64,000 nucleotides of DNA, taken from the IMG/VR virus record IMGVR_UViG_3300032285_003899, positions 1 through 64,000 of that record; one strand, written 5' to 3'. This DNA comes from a virus (lineage: Duplodnaviria > Caudoviricetes). The translations under genes and the position numbers were made by a program. A model generated the notes under the pieces. It was not told the DNA's origin, did no database searches, and was given only the letters and a program-made list of their open reading frames with translations. Positions 1 to 10,267 of this stretch are shown in pieces; position 1 is the stretch's first letter, and each line of letters begins with the position of its first letter.

Positions 1-1
1 A

Positions 2-571
2 ACTGATGAAGTTTTTGGTTCTTTATCAAAAGAAGACGAAAAGTTTGATGAAAACACTAATTACAACCCCAAGAATCCATATTCTGCCACAAAAGCTGCT
101 TCAGATCTTTTAGTTAAATCATTTATTAATACTTATAAGATAAATGCTGTTATCACTAATTGTAGTAATAATTATGGACCATATCAAAACTTTGAAAAAC
201 TTATTCCAAAAACTATCAATAACTTATTGAACAATAAAAAAGTTCCAATTTATTCTAATGGTTCTAATATTAGAGATTGGATTTTTGTTGAAGACCATTG
301 CGAAATTTTATTTGAAATTTTAAAAAGCAATTATGTAGGAAACCTATGTATAGGAGGAGATTCTGAAAAAAGCAATTTAGAAATTGTTGAAAAAATCTGC
401 ACATGTTTAAATAAAGAATTAAATAAAAATATAGAATATGTTAAAGACAGACCTGGACATGATTTTAGATATGCAATAGACAATTCTAAAATTTATAAAA
501 TGTTTAGCTGGACTCCTAAAACATCACTAGAAGAAGGAATAAACAAAACAATTAATTTTTACAAGCAATGA
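2..571 (+). CDS. rfbB: dTDP-glucose 4,6-dehydratase, 5'-truncated by the window edge
   Basis: Frame is open from position 2 (TDEVFGSL...NPKNPYSATKAASD...TNCSNNYGPYQ..EKLIP) and continues into the listed ORF (RDWIFVEDH, DRPGHDFRYAID). These are RmlB motifs, and the gene lies just upstream of rfbA. Confidence 0.93.
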   Translation, partial: TDEVFGSLSKEDEKFDENTNYNPKNPYSATKAASDLLVKSFINTYKINAVITNCSNNYGPYQNFEKLIPKTINNLLNNKKVPIYSNGSNIRDWIFVEDHCEILFEILKSNYVGNLCIGGDSEKSNLEIVEKICTCLNKELNKNIEYVKDRPGHDFRYAIDNSKIYKMFSWTPKTSLEEGINKTINFYKQ

Positions 572-1410
572 AAGGTATAATTTTAGCTGGAGGAAGTGGA
601 TCAAGGCTATATCCATTAACAACGATCATAAACAAACAAATGATTCCTGTTTATGATAAACCAATGATTTATTATCCATTCAGCACATTAATAAATTTCG
701 GAATCAAAGATTTTTGCATTATATCTACTGCTGAACATCTACAGACCTATGAAAGAATTTTTAAAGATGGTTCTCATTTGGGTTTAAATATATGTTATAA
801 AATCCAAAAAGAACCCAAAGGCATTGCAGAAGCCTTGATTATAGCTGAAGAATTTGTAGGAAACGACAGCGTTTCTCTTATATTGGGAGATAATATTTTT
901 CATGGAATAAATAAAGTTAAACTTCCTGAACATGGAGCGACCATTGTTACTTATGAGGTGGACGATCCTAGTGCATATGGCGTATTAGAACTTGATGAAA
1001 ATGGAACACCGACATCTATTGAAGAAAAACCCGTGAATCCAAAAAGCAATTTAGCCATTTGCGGTTTATACTTCTATGATAATAAAGCTTGCGAATACGC
1101 CAAGTCTTTGAAACCCTCTAAAAGAGGAGAATTAGAAATAACAGATTTAAATAGAATATATTTGGAAAAAGGGCAATTAAATGTTCTAAAATGTCCTCGC
1201 GGATCTGTATGGCTTGATGCTGGAACTCCTGAAACTTTATTTGAAAGTGCTGCATATATTCACACAATCCAAAAACGTCAAGGTTTTAAAATAGCTTGTA
1301 TTGAAGAAGAAAGTTATAGATCAAAAAACATCAACAAGAAACAATTGAAAAATCTTGTTGATAAATTGCCAAACGGAGAATATAAAAATTATTTAGAAAA
1401 TCTTTTATGA
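568..1410 (+). CDS. rfbA: glucose-1-phosphate thymidylyltransferase
   Basis: MKGIILAGGSGSRLYP, VYDKPMIYYP, LILGDNIF, EEKP, RGELEITD, WLDAGT motifs. Confidence 0.95.
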   Translation: MKGIILAGGSGSRLYPLTTIINKQMIPVYDKPMIYYPFSTLINFGIKDFCIISTAEHLQTYERIFKDGSHLGLNICYKIQKEPKGIAEALIIAEEFVGNDSVSLILGDNIFHGINKVKLPEHGATIVTYEVDDPSAYGVLELDENGTPTSIEEKPVNPKSNLAICGLYFYDNKACEYAKSLKPSKRGELEITDLNRIYLEKGQLNVLKCPRGSVWLDAGTPETLFESAAYIHTIQKRQGFKIACIEEESYRSKNINKKQLKNLVDKLPNGEYKNYLENLL

Positions 1411-2273
1411 TATTATTATTCGGCTCTACTGGTTACATTGGTTCTGAATTTAAAAAACAACTATCAGAACAAAATATCAAATTTTTTTGCTGGGAAAACA
1501 CAAGAAAAACATGTTTTGATCAGTTGCAAACTTTATCTAAACATCAAAAAATTACTATTGCAATCAATGCTGCTGGATACACTGGCAAACCAAATGTTGA
1601 TGCTTGCGAAAAAAATAAAGAAGAAACATTTTATGGAAACGTATTGTGGCCTCATTTATTGAGCCAATGGTGTTCTTTAAATAACATAAAACTTCTTCAT
1701 GTATCAAGCGGGTGCATATATACTGGAAACACTTTAGATAAAACAGGTTTTACTGAACAAGACGAACCTAATTTCACTTTTAAACAAAATAATTGCAGTT
1801 TTTATAGCGGAACTAAAGCTTTATCTGAACAAACAGTTCTTTTTAATGAAAAAACTTATGTCTGTAGACTAAGAATACCATTTGAATCAAACGACAATTC
1901 AAGAAACTATATAAGCAAAATACTTAAATATACAAAACTTCTCAACGCTGAAAATTCATGTTCAAACAAACAAGATTTCGTCAGAGTATGTATAGAAATG
2001 ATTAAAAAAGAAGTTCCATATGGTATTTATAATATTGTTAACAGCGGCTCTCTAACAACAGAATCGCTTATTAGAAAACTAAAGAATACAATTGCTAAAA
2101 ATAAAAATTTTAACATAATAAGCGAGGAAGAGTTTTATTCTTCATGCGTAATCACACCTAGATCTAACTGTATTTTAAACAACAGCAAAATACTTAAATG
2201 CGGGATACAGTTAGATCATATAAACGACAGTATCGATAAATGTTTAAAAAATTGGCATTATAATGAACAGTAA
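1407..2273 (+). CDS. NAD(P)-dependent sugar epimerase/reductase, probably bifunctional dTDP-4-keto-6-deoxyglucose 3,5-epimerase/4-reductase type
   Basis: GSTGYIG Rossmann motif, AAGYTGKPNVDACE, SSGCIY, YSGTK, LRLRIP-like segment. Confidence 0.7.
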   Translation: MILLFGSTGYIGSEFKKQLSEQNIKFFCWENTRKTCFDQLQTLSKHQKITIAINAAGYTGKPNVDACEKNKEETFYGNVLWPHLLSQWCSLNNIKLLHVSSGCIYTGNTLDKTGFTEQDEPNFTFKQNNCSFYSGTKALSEQTVLFNEKTYVCRLRIPFESNDNSRNYISKILKYTKLLNAENSCSNKQDFVRVCIEMIKKEVPYGIYNIVNSGSLTTESLIRKLKNTIAKNKNFNIISEEEFYSSCVITPRSNCILNNSKILKCGIQLDHINDSIDKCLKNWHYNEQ

Positions 2274-2955
2274 ACCTTTATTATCTATTGCTATACCTTC
2301 CTATGAAGCTAAAGGTTTTGGCGTTGTATATTTAGAAAAAAACTTCAAAATTCTTTTAGATCAAACATTTCAAGATTTTGAAATTATTATATCTGACAAC
2401 AGCAAAGATGATAACATATTAAAACTAACTCATAAATATAGCCATTTATTAAACATAAAATATTTTAAAAATGATAAAATAGGAATGTCAAAAAACACAA
2501 ATTTTGCCATTGAAAAAAGCTCTGGCGATTTTATAAAAATATTATATCAAGATGATTTTTTATATTCACGACATTCTCTTTCTGATATAGCAAAAGAAAC
2601 CGTAAATGATTTTGACTGGCTTGTTACTGCTTGCGAACACAGCAACGATGGAGAAACTTTTTATAGATCATTTTATCCAATATATAATAATGACATCCAT
2701 CTTGGAAATAATACAATTAGCAGCCCATCAGTTTTGACAATAAAAAATTCTCAAAATAAGTTATTTTTTGATGAAAACATAACTTGGCTAATGGATGTGG
2801 ATTATTACAAAAGATGTTATAAAAAATTTGGAAATCCTCGCATTCTTAATAGAATCAATGTAGTAAACAGAACGTCTTTAAGCCAAACTTCTAGTTCCAT
2901 ATCCGAAAAACAAATCCGAGAGGAAACAGAATATACTTATTTAAAACACCTATGA
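2263..2955 (+). CDS. GT2 family glycosyltransferase
   Basis: SIAIPSY, FEIIISDNS, N.N.AI...SGDFIKILYQDD (GT-A fold). Confidence 0.85.
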   Translation: MNSKPLLSIAIPSYEAKGFGVVYLEKNFKILLDQTFQDFEIIISDNSKDDNILKLTHKYSHLLNIKYFKNDKIGMSKNTNFAIEKSSGDFIKILYQDDFLYSRHSLSDIAKETVNDFDWLVTACEHSNDGETFYRSFYPIYNNDIHLGNNTISSPSVLTIKNSQNKLFFDENITWLMDVDYYKRCYKKFGNPRILNRINVVNRTSLSQTSSSISEKQIREETEYTYLKHL

Positions 2956-4253
2956 ACAGAAAAGAGAAAATTTTAAATTTTATAAACCAACTAGAAATTG
3001 AAGAAAATTCTTTTATTCCACAATTTTGTCATAACCTAAAAAATGATAGAAAAGTTTATTATGGTGGACCTTATTTTGACAAAGAAGAAATTGTTGAAGC
3101 TATTGACACTTTGATGTTCGGAAAATGGTTATCAAGTGGACAAAAAGTATATGAGTTTGAAACTGAAACTGCAAAGCTTTTAAATCAAAAATCATGTTTG
3201 ATGGTAAATTCAGGAAGTTCTGCTAATTTAATAGCGATAGCAGCGGCTAAAAAATATTATAATTGGCAAGATGGCGATGAGATAATTTTATCAGTTGTTG
3301 GTTTTCCTACCACCCTGAATCCAATCGTCCAAAACAATCTTAAGCCTGTATTTATTGATATTGAATACGAAACTTTAAATTTTGATTTAGATAAGATTGA
3401 AGAAAAGATAACGCCAAAAACTAAAGCTATTTTTGTTTCTCCAGTTTTGGGCAACGCTCCAGATATTGATAGGCTTACATATTTATCAGAAAAATATAAT
3501 ATATTGCTTTTACTAGATTGTTGTGACAGTTTCGGAAGTAAATGGAAAGGTAAACATATTTCTGAATACTTTACCCTTTCAACACTATCTTTTTATCCCG
3601 CTCATCATATTACAACTGGTGAAGGCGGAATGATTTGTTCTAATAGCGAAAGTTTAATTAAAACGGCAAGAAGCCTAGCTTGGTGGGGCAGAAACTGCTA
3701 TTGTGTTGGCGTTGAAAATCTTCTAAGCAAAGGAAGTTGTGGCAAGAGGTTTTCTAAATGGATAGATGATTTAGATGTTGAAATAGATCATAAATACTTT
3801 TTCACAGAAATGGGTTATAATCTTAAGCCATTAGATCTGCAAGGAGCAATGGGTCTAGCCCAATTAAAAAAGTTCGATCAAATACATTCTAAAAGAATTG
3901 AGAATAAGAATAAAATTCAAAAAATATTTGAAAAAATTAATGGCCTTAAGTTCTGCAATGACACAGAAAATTCAGAAACTTCTTGGTTTGGTGTTCCCAT
4001 CATTTGCGCGAATACAAAGTTAAAGATCAAGCTTGTACAACTATTGGAAAGTAACGGTATTCAAACTAGAAACTATTTCGCTGGAAACATACTTTATCAT
4101 CCTGCATATCGACATCTTGACGATAAATCTAAATATCCAAACGCCAATATTGTTTTAGATAGAGTTTTCTTTCTTGGCTGCTCCCCAACTATCAACGAAG
4201 AAAAAATCAAGTATATTGAAAAAATTATAAGTGAAAATTTAGTCAATCTATGA
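2952..4253 (+). CDS. rfbH: NDP-4-keto-6-deoxyglucose 3-dehydratase (RfbH/DdhC/E1 type, PMP and Fe-S dependent)
   Basis: VNSGSSANL; SFYPAHHITTGEGG with His at the usual Schiff-base Lys position; C-x57-C-x-C-x11-C cysteine pattern; QTRNYFAGN. Confidence 0.88.
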   Translation: MNRKEKILNFINQLEIEENSFIPQFCHNLKNDRKVYYGGPYFDKEEIVEAIDTLMFGKWLSSGQKVYEFETETAKLLNQKSCLMVNSGSSANLIAIAAAKKYYNWQDGDEIILSVVGFPTTLNPIVQNNLKPVFIDIEYETLNFDLDKIEEKITPKTKAIFVSPVLGNAPDIDRLTYLSEKYNILLLLDCCDSFGSKWKGKHISEYFTLSTLSFYPAHHITTGEGGMICSNSESLIKTARSLAWWGRNCYCVGVENLLSKGSCGKRFSKWIDDLDVEIDHKYFFTEMGYNLKPLDLQGAMGLAQLKKFDQIHSKRIENKNKIQKIFEKINGLKFCNDTENSETSWFGVPIICANTKLKIKLVQLLESNGIQTRNYFAGNILYHPAYRHLDDKSKYPNANIVLDRVFFLGCSPTINEEKIKYIEKIISENLVNL

Positions 4254-5062
4254 TAAGCGTTTTTGGATCAAATGGATTTATAGGGAATAGATTTCAAAAA
4301 AGATTCGAATCTAAATGCATAAGCATTTCTAGAAACAGTTTAAAAGCTGAATCTGATGAAATCTTGTATTTTATAAGTACAACTCATAATTATAATATTT
4401 TAGATAATCCTTATATTGATATTGACACTAATCTTACACATCTAATAAAAGTTTTAGAATATAACAAAAATAAAATCAAGACATTTAATTTTGTTAGTTC
4501 TTGGTTTGTATATGGAGATTCTGATCTGCCAGCAAAAGAAAACTCCCCATGCAATCCAAAAGGATTTTATTCAATAACTAAAAAATGCGCCGAAGATCTT
4601 CTTATTAGTTATTGTAAAACTTATAATATAAATTATAAAATTTATAGACTGTGCAATGTATACGGCGATACTGATAAAAACGCATCAGCTAAGAAAAACG
4701 CACTGCAATTTCTCATCAATAAACTAAAAAATCACGAAGAAATTAATCTTTATGAAAATGGTGATTTTATCAGAGATTACATGCATGTAGACGATGTGTG
4801 TGATGCCATTAATTTATGCATAGATAATATGCAGCCTAATGAAATTATAAACATATCTAATGGAATTCCCTTGGTTTTTAGAGAGATTATTGATCATGTA
4901 GTTAATCAAACACAATCTAAATCAAAAATAAACTCAATAGAAATTCCAAACTTTCATAAAATTGTTCAAGTTCGTGACATGTATTTAGATAACACTAAGT
5001 TAAAAAATTTAGGATTCTCTTCTAAGATATCAATAACCAATGGATTAAATAAAATAATATGA
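4250..5062 (+). CDS. NAD-dependent epimerase/dehydratase (extended SDR)
   Basis: GSNGFIG, FVSSWFVYG, YSITK, RLCNVYG, RDYMHVDD. Confidence 0.85.
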   Translation: MISVFGSNGFIGNRFQKRFESKCISISRNSLKAESDEILYFISTTHNYNILDNPYIDIDTNLTHLIKVLEYNKNKIKTFNFVSSWFVYGDSDLPAKENSPCNPKGFYSITKKCAEDLLISYCKTYNINYKIYRLCNVYGDTDKNASAKKNALQFLINKLKNHEEINLYENGDFIRDYMHVDDVCDAINLCIDNMQPNEIINISNGIPLVFREIIDHVVNQTQSKSKINSIEIPNFHKIVQVRDMYLDNTKLKNLGFSSKISITNGLNKII

Positions 5063-5718
5063 TAAATTTACCTCAAGTAACTTTAGTTGCTGTTTCATCT
5101 GTCAGAATCGATCAAACTGTAAAAGCTTTAGAGTATAGTTCTAAAGAAATAAAATTTGGAAGCATAAAACTAATTTCAGACATAGAACCGCTAAAACTGT
5201 CAAATAAAATTTCTTTCAATAAGATTGAAAAAATAAATAACATTGATGAGTGGAATTATGCTATAATATACAAACTTCCAACTTATATTGAAACGGATTT
5301 TTGCATTCTTATTCATGATAATGGGTTTATTGTTAATCCAAATAGCTGGAGAGATGAGTTTTTAAAATACGATTATATTGGCGCTCCTTGGCCTCTTCCT
5401 GTAGATGATTATTCTTATAGAGATATAAATAATAATTTAATCAGAGTAGGAAATAGCGTTTCTCTCAGAAGCAAAAAACTTCTAAATGTTCCATTAAAAC
5501 ACAATCTTGAATGGAAAGCTTTTCATGGATATACCAATGAAGATGGATTTATTTGTTGCAATTATAGACATAAATATTTAGAAGATGGTTGTAAATTTGC
5601 TGATATTGATGTAGCTAAATACTTTTCACATGAAAACTCTATGCCCGAAACCAAAGGAATCAAGCCTTTTGCATTTCATAACTACCTCGGCGAAAATAGC
5701 CAATACCCTAAATTTTAA
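5059..5718 (+). CDS. DUF5672-like putative glycosyltransferase
   Basis: ILIHDNGFIVNP..W..EFLKYDYIGAPW and VGN..SLRSKK motifs; glycan-cluster context. Confidence 0.6.
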   Translation: MINLPQVTLVAVSSVRIDQTVKALEYSSKEIKFGSIKLISDIEPLKLSNKISFNKIEKINNIDEWNYAIIYKLPTYIETDFCILIHDNGFIVNPNSWRDEFLKYDYIGAPWPLPVDDYSYRDINNNLIRVGNSVSLRSKKLLNVPLKHNLEWKAFHGYTNEDGFICCNYRHKYLEDGCKFADIDVAKYFSHENSMPETKGIKPFAFHNYLGENSQYPKF

Positions 5719-5719
5719 A

Positions 5720-6478
5720 ATGGAAAAACTAATTAAAACAAACGCGTTATTTGTTCTTAGTGATTATAATTGGTTACCTGAAGAAGTTGAAAACTCTTGG
5801 GTTACAAAATATACTGATAATTATTTAATTCTTGATAGATTTCATAGACTTAAAGAGTCTGAAAAAATCAAATGGCAAGATAATGTAGGTCAAAATGTTT
5901 ATGACATTTTTGATTTCATTTATAAAAATTATGAAAATTTGCCTGAAATAGCTATTTTTTGCAGAGCTGCTTTTTTAAACCCAAAAGACGATGGAGTTGC
6001 AAAATACGATAAAAATGGCAAAAAGATATCTACAGGAAATTGCACTGAAGAGACTTTCAATAAAATTTGCAATAACACTGAATTTACTGAAATTCACGAT
6101 TTTGGACCTTCTGCTCATGAAAGATATTATGGACAAAAGCAACCTGCTAGTAAATTAGATTCTGACGGATTTGGATTTTTAGAAATCAATAATAGTTGGT
6201 ACTTGCTTTCACATCGACCCAAATTTTTTGGATCTTTAAATGAGCTTTTTCATGAAATTTTTGAAAATTTTGAACACATGGAGTATGTTAGATTTTCTCC
6301 AGGCGCAAATTACATTATACCGAAAAAGTATATGTTAAAATACAATAAACATTTTTATGAGAAAATGAGAGAATTTATAGGATGGGACATTATCACAGGA
6401 GAAGCTCATCTTTTTGAAAGAGCTATATATACCATATTCACATCAAATTTAAAAATAAAATCAAAATACCACAACTAA
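5720..6478 (+). CDS. hypothetical glycan-related protein (DUF3431-like)
   Basis: ATG at 5720 right after the upstream stop is more likely than the listed 5630. PGANYIIPK..M and HLFER motifs. Confidence 0.5.
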   Translation: MEKLIKTNALFVLSDYNWLPEEVENSWVTKYTDNYLILDRFHRLKESEKIKWQDNVGQNVYDIFDFIYKNYENLPEIAIFCRAAFLNPKDDGVAKYDKNGKKISTGNCTEETFNKICNNTEFTEIHDFGPSAHERYYGQKQPASKLDSDGFGFLEINNSWYLLSHRPKFFGSLNELFHEIFENFEHMEYVRFSPGANYIIPKKYMLKYNKHFYEKMREFIGWDIITGEAHLFERAIYTIFTSNLKIKSKYHN

Positions 6479-6481
6479 AAT

Positions 6482-7066
6482 ATGAAGAATAACGACTTAT
6501 CTCCAATCTATCTAAGAAATGTACCTCCTCCCGCAGAAACTTTTGACCATGTTGGATTTTTAAAATTCTTTTTTTCCTTTTTAAAGCCTGAACGATATTT
6601 AGAATTAGGCGTGAGAGATGGAAGAAATTTTGTTGCGGTTTCGCAATATTGCAACAAATCAATCGCGGTTGACGTTGTTCCACAACAGTTCAATAGTGCT
6701 GCGGTTAAATCTAAAACTTTTGAATATCACACCATGACTACTGATTCATATTTTCAAAAATTTGATCGAAATGTTATGTTTGATGCGGTATTTATTGATG
6801 CTGATCATTCTCATGAACAATCTTTAAAAGATTTTTTAAATGTTAAAGATAATGTTATTGAAGATGGATTTATATTTTTTCATGATACTTATCCTTGGGA
6901 TAAATCTTATTTTCACCCAGGAGCTTGTAATGATGTTTATAAAACAGCTCTTTATGTAAAACAAAATTTCATCGATGAATTTGAAGTAGTTACATTGCCT
7001 TTTAACCCTGGAGTCACAATTGTTAAAAAAATTAAAAGAAATAAACAACTTATCTACTTAGAATAA
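6482..7066 (+). CDS. class I SAM-dependent methyltransferase (Methyltransf_24-like)
   Basis: YLELGVRDG, FDAVFIDADHSHE, FFHD motifs. Confidence 0.85.
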   Translation: MKNNDLSPIYLRNVPPPAETFDHVGFLKFFFSFLKPERYLELGVRDGRNFVAVSQYCNKSIAVDVVPQQFNSAAVKSKTFEYHTMTTDSYFQKFDRNVMFDAVFIDADHSHEQSLKDFLNVKDNVIEDGFIFFHDTYPWDKSYFHPGACNDVYKTALYVKQNFIDEFEVVTLPFNPGVTIVKKIKRNKQLIYLE

Positions 7067-7069
7067 AAC

Positions 7070-7996
7070 ATGAAGAATGAAAAAATTTTCATAACTGGCG
7101 GCGCAGGTTTTTTGGGCAAACATATTATTGAAAAGCTATATAATAATAACGAAATCACTGTTTATTCTAGAGATGAAGCGAAACACTATTTCTTAAAGAA
7201 AAAATATCCAAAAGTAAATTTTGTTATTGGCGATGTTCGCAACAAAGATCTATTAATACGAAAAAGCAAAAATCATACTGTTGGCATTTTTGCAGCTTCT
7301 TTGAAACAAATAGAATCTTGTAATGATAATTTTGAAGAAGCTAAATCAATTATTATTGATGGAGCAATAAACTCAAGAATTGCAGCTGAAAATAATAATT
7401 TTAAATCAGCATGTTTTATTTCCTCGGATAAAAGTAGAGCTTCAACTACTTTATATGGCGCTATGAAATATGTTGCAGGAGAATCTTTTATTGCAAACAA
7501 TTCTGATTGCAATCTTACTACTGCAATTTATGGAAACGTAACCAATTCGACAGGATCAATAATACCTTTAATTTGGAATTACATTAATTCAGGAAAAGAA
7601 CTTGAGCTTTATAATCCTGAAATGACTAGATTTTTATTAGATGTCGAAGACGCAATTGAATTAATTTTAAAATCAACTAATTATAAAAACTGCAATTTAA
7701 TTCCTGTTGCAAAATCTTTCTTGATAAAAGATTTGTTTGAAATTTTTTCCGAAAACTTCGACTTAAAATACAGAACCACCAACGAAAGAACTGGAGAAAA
7801 AATACATGAAATCATGGCTTCTTCTGAAGAAATAAGAAGAATGGAATTTATTCAAGATAATAACTTGTATTTACTATACCCAAACAGAATAATTAATAAA
7901 TTAAACTTTAATAATAATGAATACTCATCAAGAGACAACTGTTTGTCTAAAGAAGAGTTGTTCAATTATCTAAAAAATAAAAACTTTTTTAAATGA
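7070..7996 (+). CDS. UDP-GlcNAc 4,6-dehydratase family (PseB/FnlA/CapD-like)
   Basis: ITGGAGFLG, SRDEAK, GDVR, ISSDK, YGAMK, YGNV..STGS.IP, MTRF, GEK.HE motifs. Confidence 0.85.
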   Translation: MKNEKIFITGGAGFLGKHIIEKLYNNNEITVYSRDEAKHYFLKKKYPKVNFVIGDVRNKDLLIRKSKNHTVGIFAASLKQIESCNDNFEEAKSIIIDGAINSRIAAENNNFKSACFISSDKSRASTTLYGAMKYVAGESFIANNSDCNLTTAIYGNVTNSTGSIIPLIWNYINSGKELELYNPEMTRFLLDVEDAIELILKSTNYKNCNLIPVAKSFLIKDLFEIFSENFDLKYRTTNERTGEKIHEIMASSEEIRRMEFIQDNNLYLLYPNRIINKLNFNNNEYSSRDNCLSKEELFNYLKNKNFFK

Positions 7997-8796
7997 AAAT
8001 CATAATTTTTGGTTCAAACGGAATGTTAGGAACTTACTTGAATAAATTTTTAAGCGAAATCTATGATGTAGTTTCAATAACTAGAAAAGATATTGATTTA
8101 AGCAAAGCTTCTGAAAATGAAGTTTTAAAATTTTTGTCAAATCGTGTTTCTGAAAAAGACTTGATTATAAATGCATCTGGAATTATTAAGCAAAGAGAAT
8201 ACGACATTAATGACATGATCAAAGTTAATAGCGTATTCCCTAATATTCTTTCTAAATTTAAAAAAAATACAAATTGTAATATAATACACATTTCAACTGA
8301 TTGTGTTTATAGTGGACATAAAGGAAATTATTTAGAAAACGATAGTCATGATTGTTTAGACGAATACGGTAAAACAAAATCACTAGGTGAAAATAAAAAC
8401 TTAACCATCATACGAACTTCAATAATTGGAGAAGAATTACATAATAAAAAATCATTAATTGAATGGGCTAAGTCACAGTCAAATAAAACAATCAATGGAT
8501 ACACCAATCATTTGTGGAACGGAGTAACTTGTCTAGAGCTATCAAAATTAATTGATAAAATCATAAAAACTAAAAATTTTTGGATCGGCATCAAGCATAT
8601 TTTTTCACCAAAAACTGTTTCAAAATACGAACTTCTTAATATTATTAATGAAATCTACGGTCTTAATATAACCATTAATAAAACAGAAACTCTTGAAAAA
8701 TGCTATAGAAATTTAAATTCTTTATACACATGCCCTATAGAATTAGATCTATATCAACAAATAATCGAAATGAAAAAATTTAAAAATAAACTATAA
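7993..8796 (+). CDS. RmlD-like NAD(P)-dependent sugar reductase
   Basis: GSNGMLG, IHISTDCVYSG, YGKTK, IRTSIIG, WNGVT. Confidence 0.82.
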   Translation: MKIIIFGSNGMLGTYLNKFLSEIYDVVSITRKDIDLSKASENEVLKFLSNRVSEKDLIINASGIIKQREYDINDMIKVNSVFPNILSKFKKNTNCNIIHISTDCVYSGHKGNYLENDSHDCLDEYGKTKSLGENKNLTIIRTSIIGEELHNKKSLIEWAKSQSNKTINGYTNHLWNGVTCLELSKLIDKIIKTKNFWIGIKHIFSPKTVSKYELLNIINEIYGLNITINKTETLEKCYRNLNSLYTCPIELDLYQQIIEMKKFKNKL

Positions 8797-8797
8797 A

Positions 8798-9718
8798 ATG
8801 ATTACAACGAACCTTACAGGAAATTTAGGCAATCATATGTGGCAATACGCTGTTTGCAGATGCATTGCCGAAAAACTTAATTATAAATGGGGAATTAATT
8901 CGTCCCCATCACATGATTATCATAATGGACAAAATCAAATGTATTTTATGAATGTTGATTTTGGCGATAAAGATTTTCATTTAATTGAACATAGCTATTT
9001 TGAACCTTGGCCCTCATTAACTCATGTTGATCAAGTCAATATCGCAATGTTTGACCCTAATCTATTGCAAATAAAAGACAATACAAAGATATTTGGAGAC
9101 AATGGTGCTGCTGGAGCTATTTTACAATCTGAACATTATATTATTGAAAGAAAACAAGATATATTAAAGTGGTTTGAAATCAATAATGAATATAAAACTA
9201 GATACAATGAACATTTAAAAAACCTTAAAATAGAATTAGATGAAAATACCTGCGTAATAAATTTTAGAGGCGGAGAATACAGGAACATTCCAAATGTCAT
9301 TTTAAGAAAAGAATATTGGAAAGGAGCAATAGATCAAATGCTAAAAATCAATAACAATATGAAATTTGTTATTATTTCTGACGATCCAGCTTGTGCAAGA
9401 TCTTTTATGCCATTCGATATTCCTTGTTATCATGTTGATATAGGATTTGATTTTTATGTAGTCAATCAAGCAAAATGGTTGATTATATCTAATTCTTCTT
9501 TTGGATGGTGGGCAGCATGGCTCAATCAAAACACTAAATTGACCATAGCTCCTAAATATTGGGCTAGACACAACGTTAGCAATGGATACTGGGCTACTGG
9601 GGATATGTATACTAGATGTTTCAAATATCTAGACAGAGAAAACAATCTTTCCACATACGAAGAGTGTAAAAACGAAGCTGTTAATTGGTTGAAAAACAAT
9701 AATATAAAATATAATTAA
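8798..9718 (+). CDS. GT11 family (alpha-1,2-fucosyltransferase-like)
   Basis: GNLGNHMWQYA, INFRGGEY, ISDD, IISNSSFGWWAAWL. Confidence 0.85.
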   Translation: MITTNLTGNLGNHMWQYAVCRCIAEKLNYKWGINSSPSHDYHNGQNQMYFMNVDFGDKDFHLIEHSYFEPWPSLTHVDQVNIAMFDPNLLQIKDNTKIFGDNGAAGAILQSEHYIIERKQDILKWFEINNEYKTRYNEHLKNLKIELDENTCVINFRGGEYRNIPNVILRKEYWKGAIDQMLKINNNMKFVIISDDPACARSFMPFDIPCYHVDIGFDFYVVNQAKWLIISNSSFGWWAAWLNQNTKLTIAPKYWARHNVSNGYWATGDMYTRCFKYLDRENNLSTYEECKNEAVNWLKNNNIKYN

Positions 9719-9721
9719 CAT

Positions 9722-10267
9722 ATGTTTACCGTAACTTGGTTCGCCAACAACATACCACTATGGCAAAAAAAAGTAGTTCCTGAACTACCTAAGAACCCAA
9801 ATATTTTAGAAATTGGTGTTTATGAAGGATTTTGTACTAGATGGATGTGTGAAAACATTCCAAACTGCAAGATTGAAGTTATTGATACTTTTTTAGGGAG
9901 CATGGAAAACAATCTTCGTCAAGATTTGTTTACAGCATTTAATGAAAATTTGTTTGAATATAAACATATCGTAAACATAAATAAAGGAGAATCTTATGAA
10001 CACGTTCGAAAATTTTCTAAAAATTACTTTGATTTTATATATGTTGACGGATCTCACAAAGCCAAAGATGTATTGATAGATGCAATACAGAGTTTTTATT
10101 GTTTAAAAATGAATGGAATTATGGTTTTTGATGATTATGAATGGTCTCCATATAATGATGAAAACCTGCACCCCAAAAAGGGCGTAAATATATTTTTAGA
10201 TTTATTTAAGGATGAAATTGAATTGATTCATAAAGAGTATCAAGTAATCATAAAGAGAATTAAATGA
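9722..10267 (+). CDS. class I SAM-dependent methyltransferase (Methyltransf_24-like)
   Basis: ILEIGVYEG, FDFIYVDGSH, GIMVFDDY. Confidence 0.85.
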   Translation: MFTVTWFANNIPLWQKKVVPELPKNPNILEIGVYEGFCTRWMCENIPNCKIEVIDTFLGSMENNLRQDLFTAFNENLFEYKHIVNINKGESYEHVRKFSKNYFDFIYVDGSHKAKDVLIDAIQSFYCLKMNGIMVFDDYEWSPYNDENLHPKKGVNIFLDLFKDEIELIHKEYQVIIKRIK

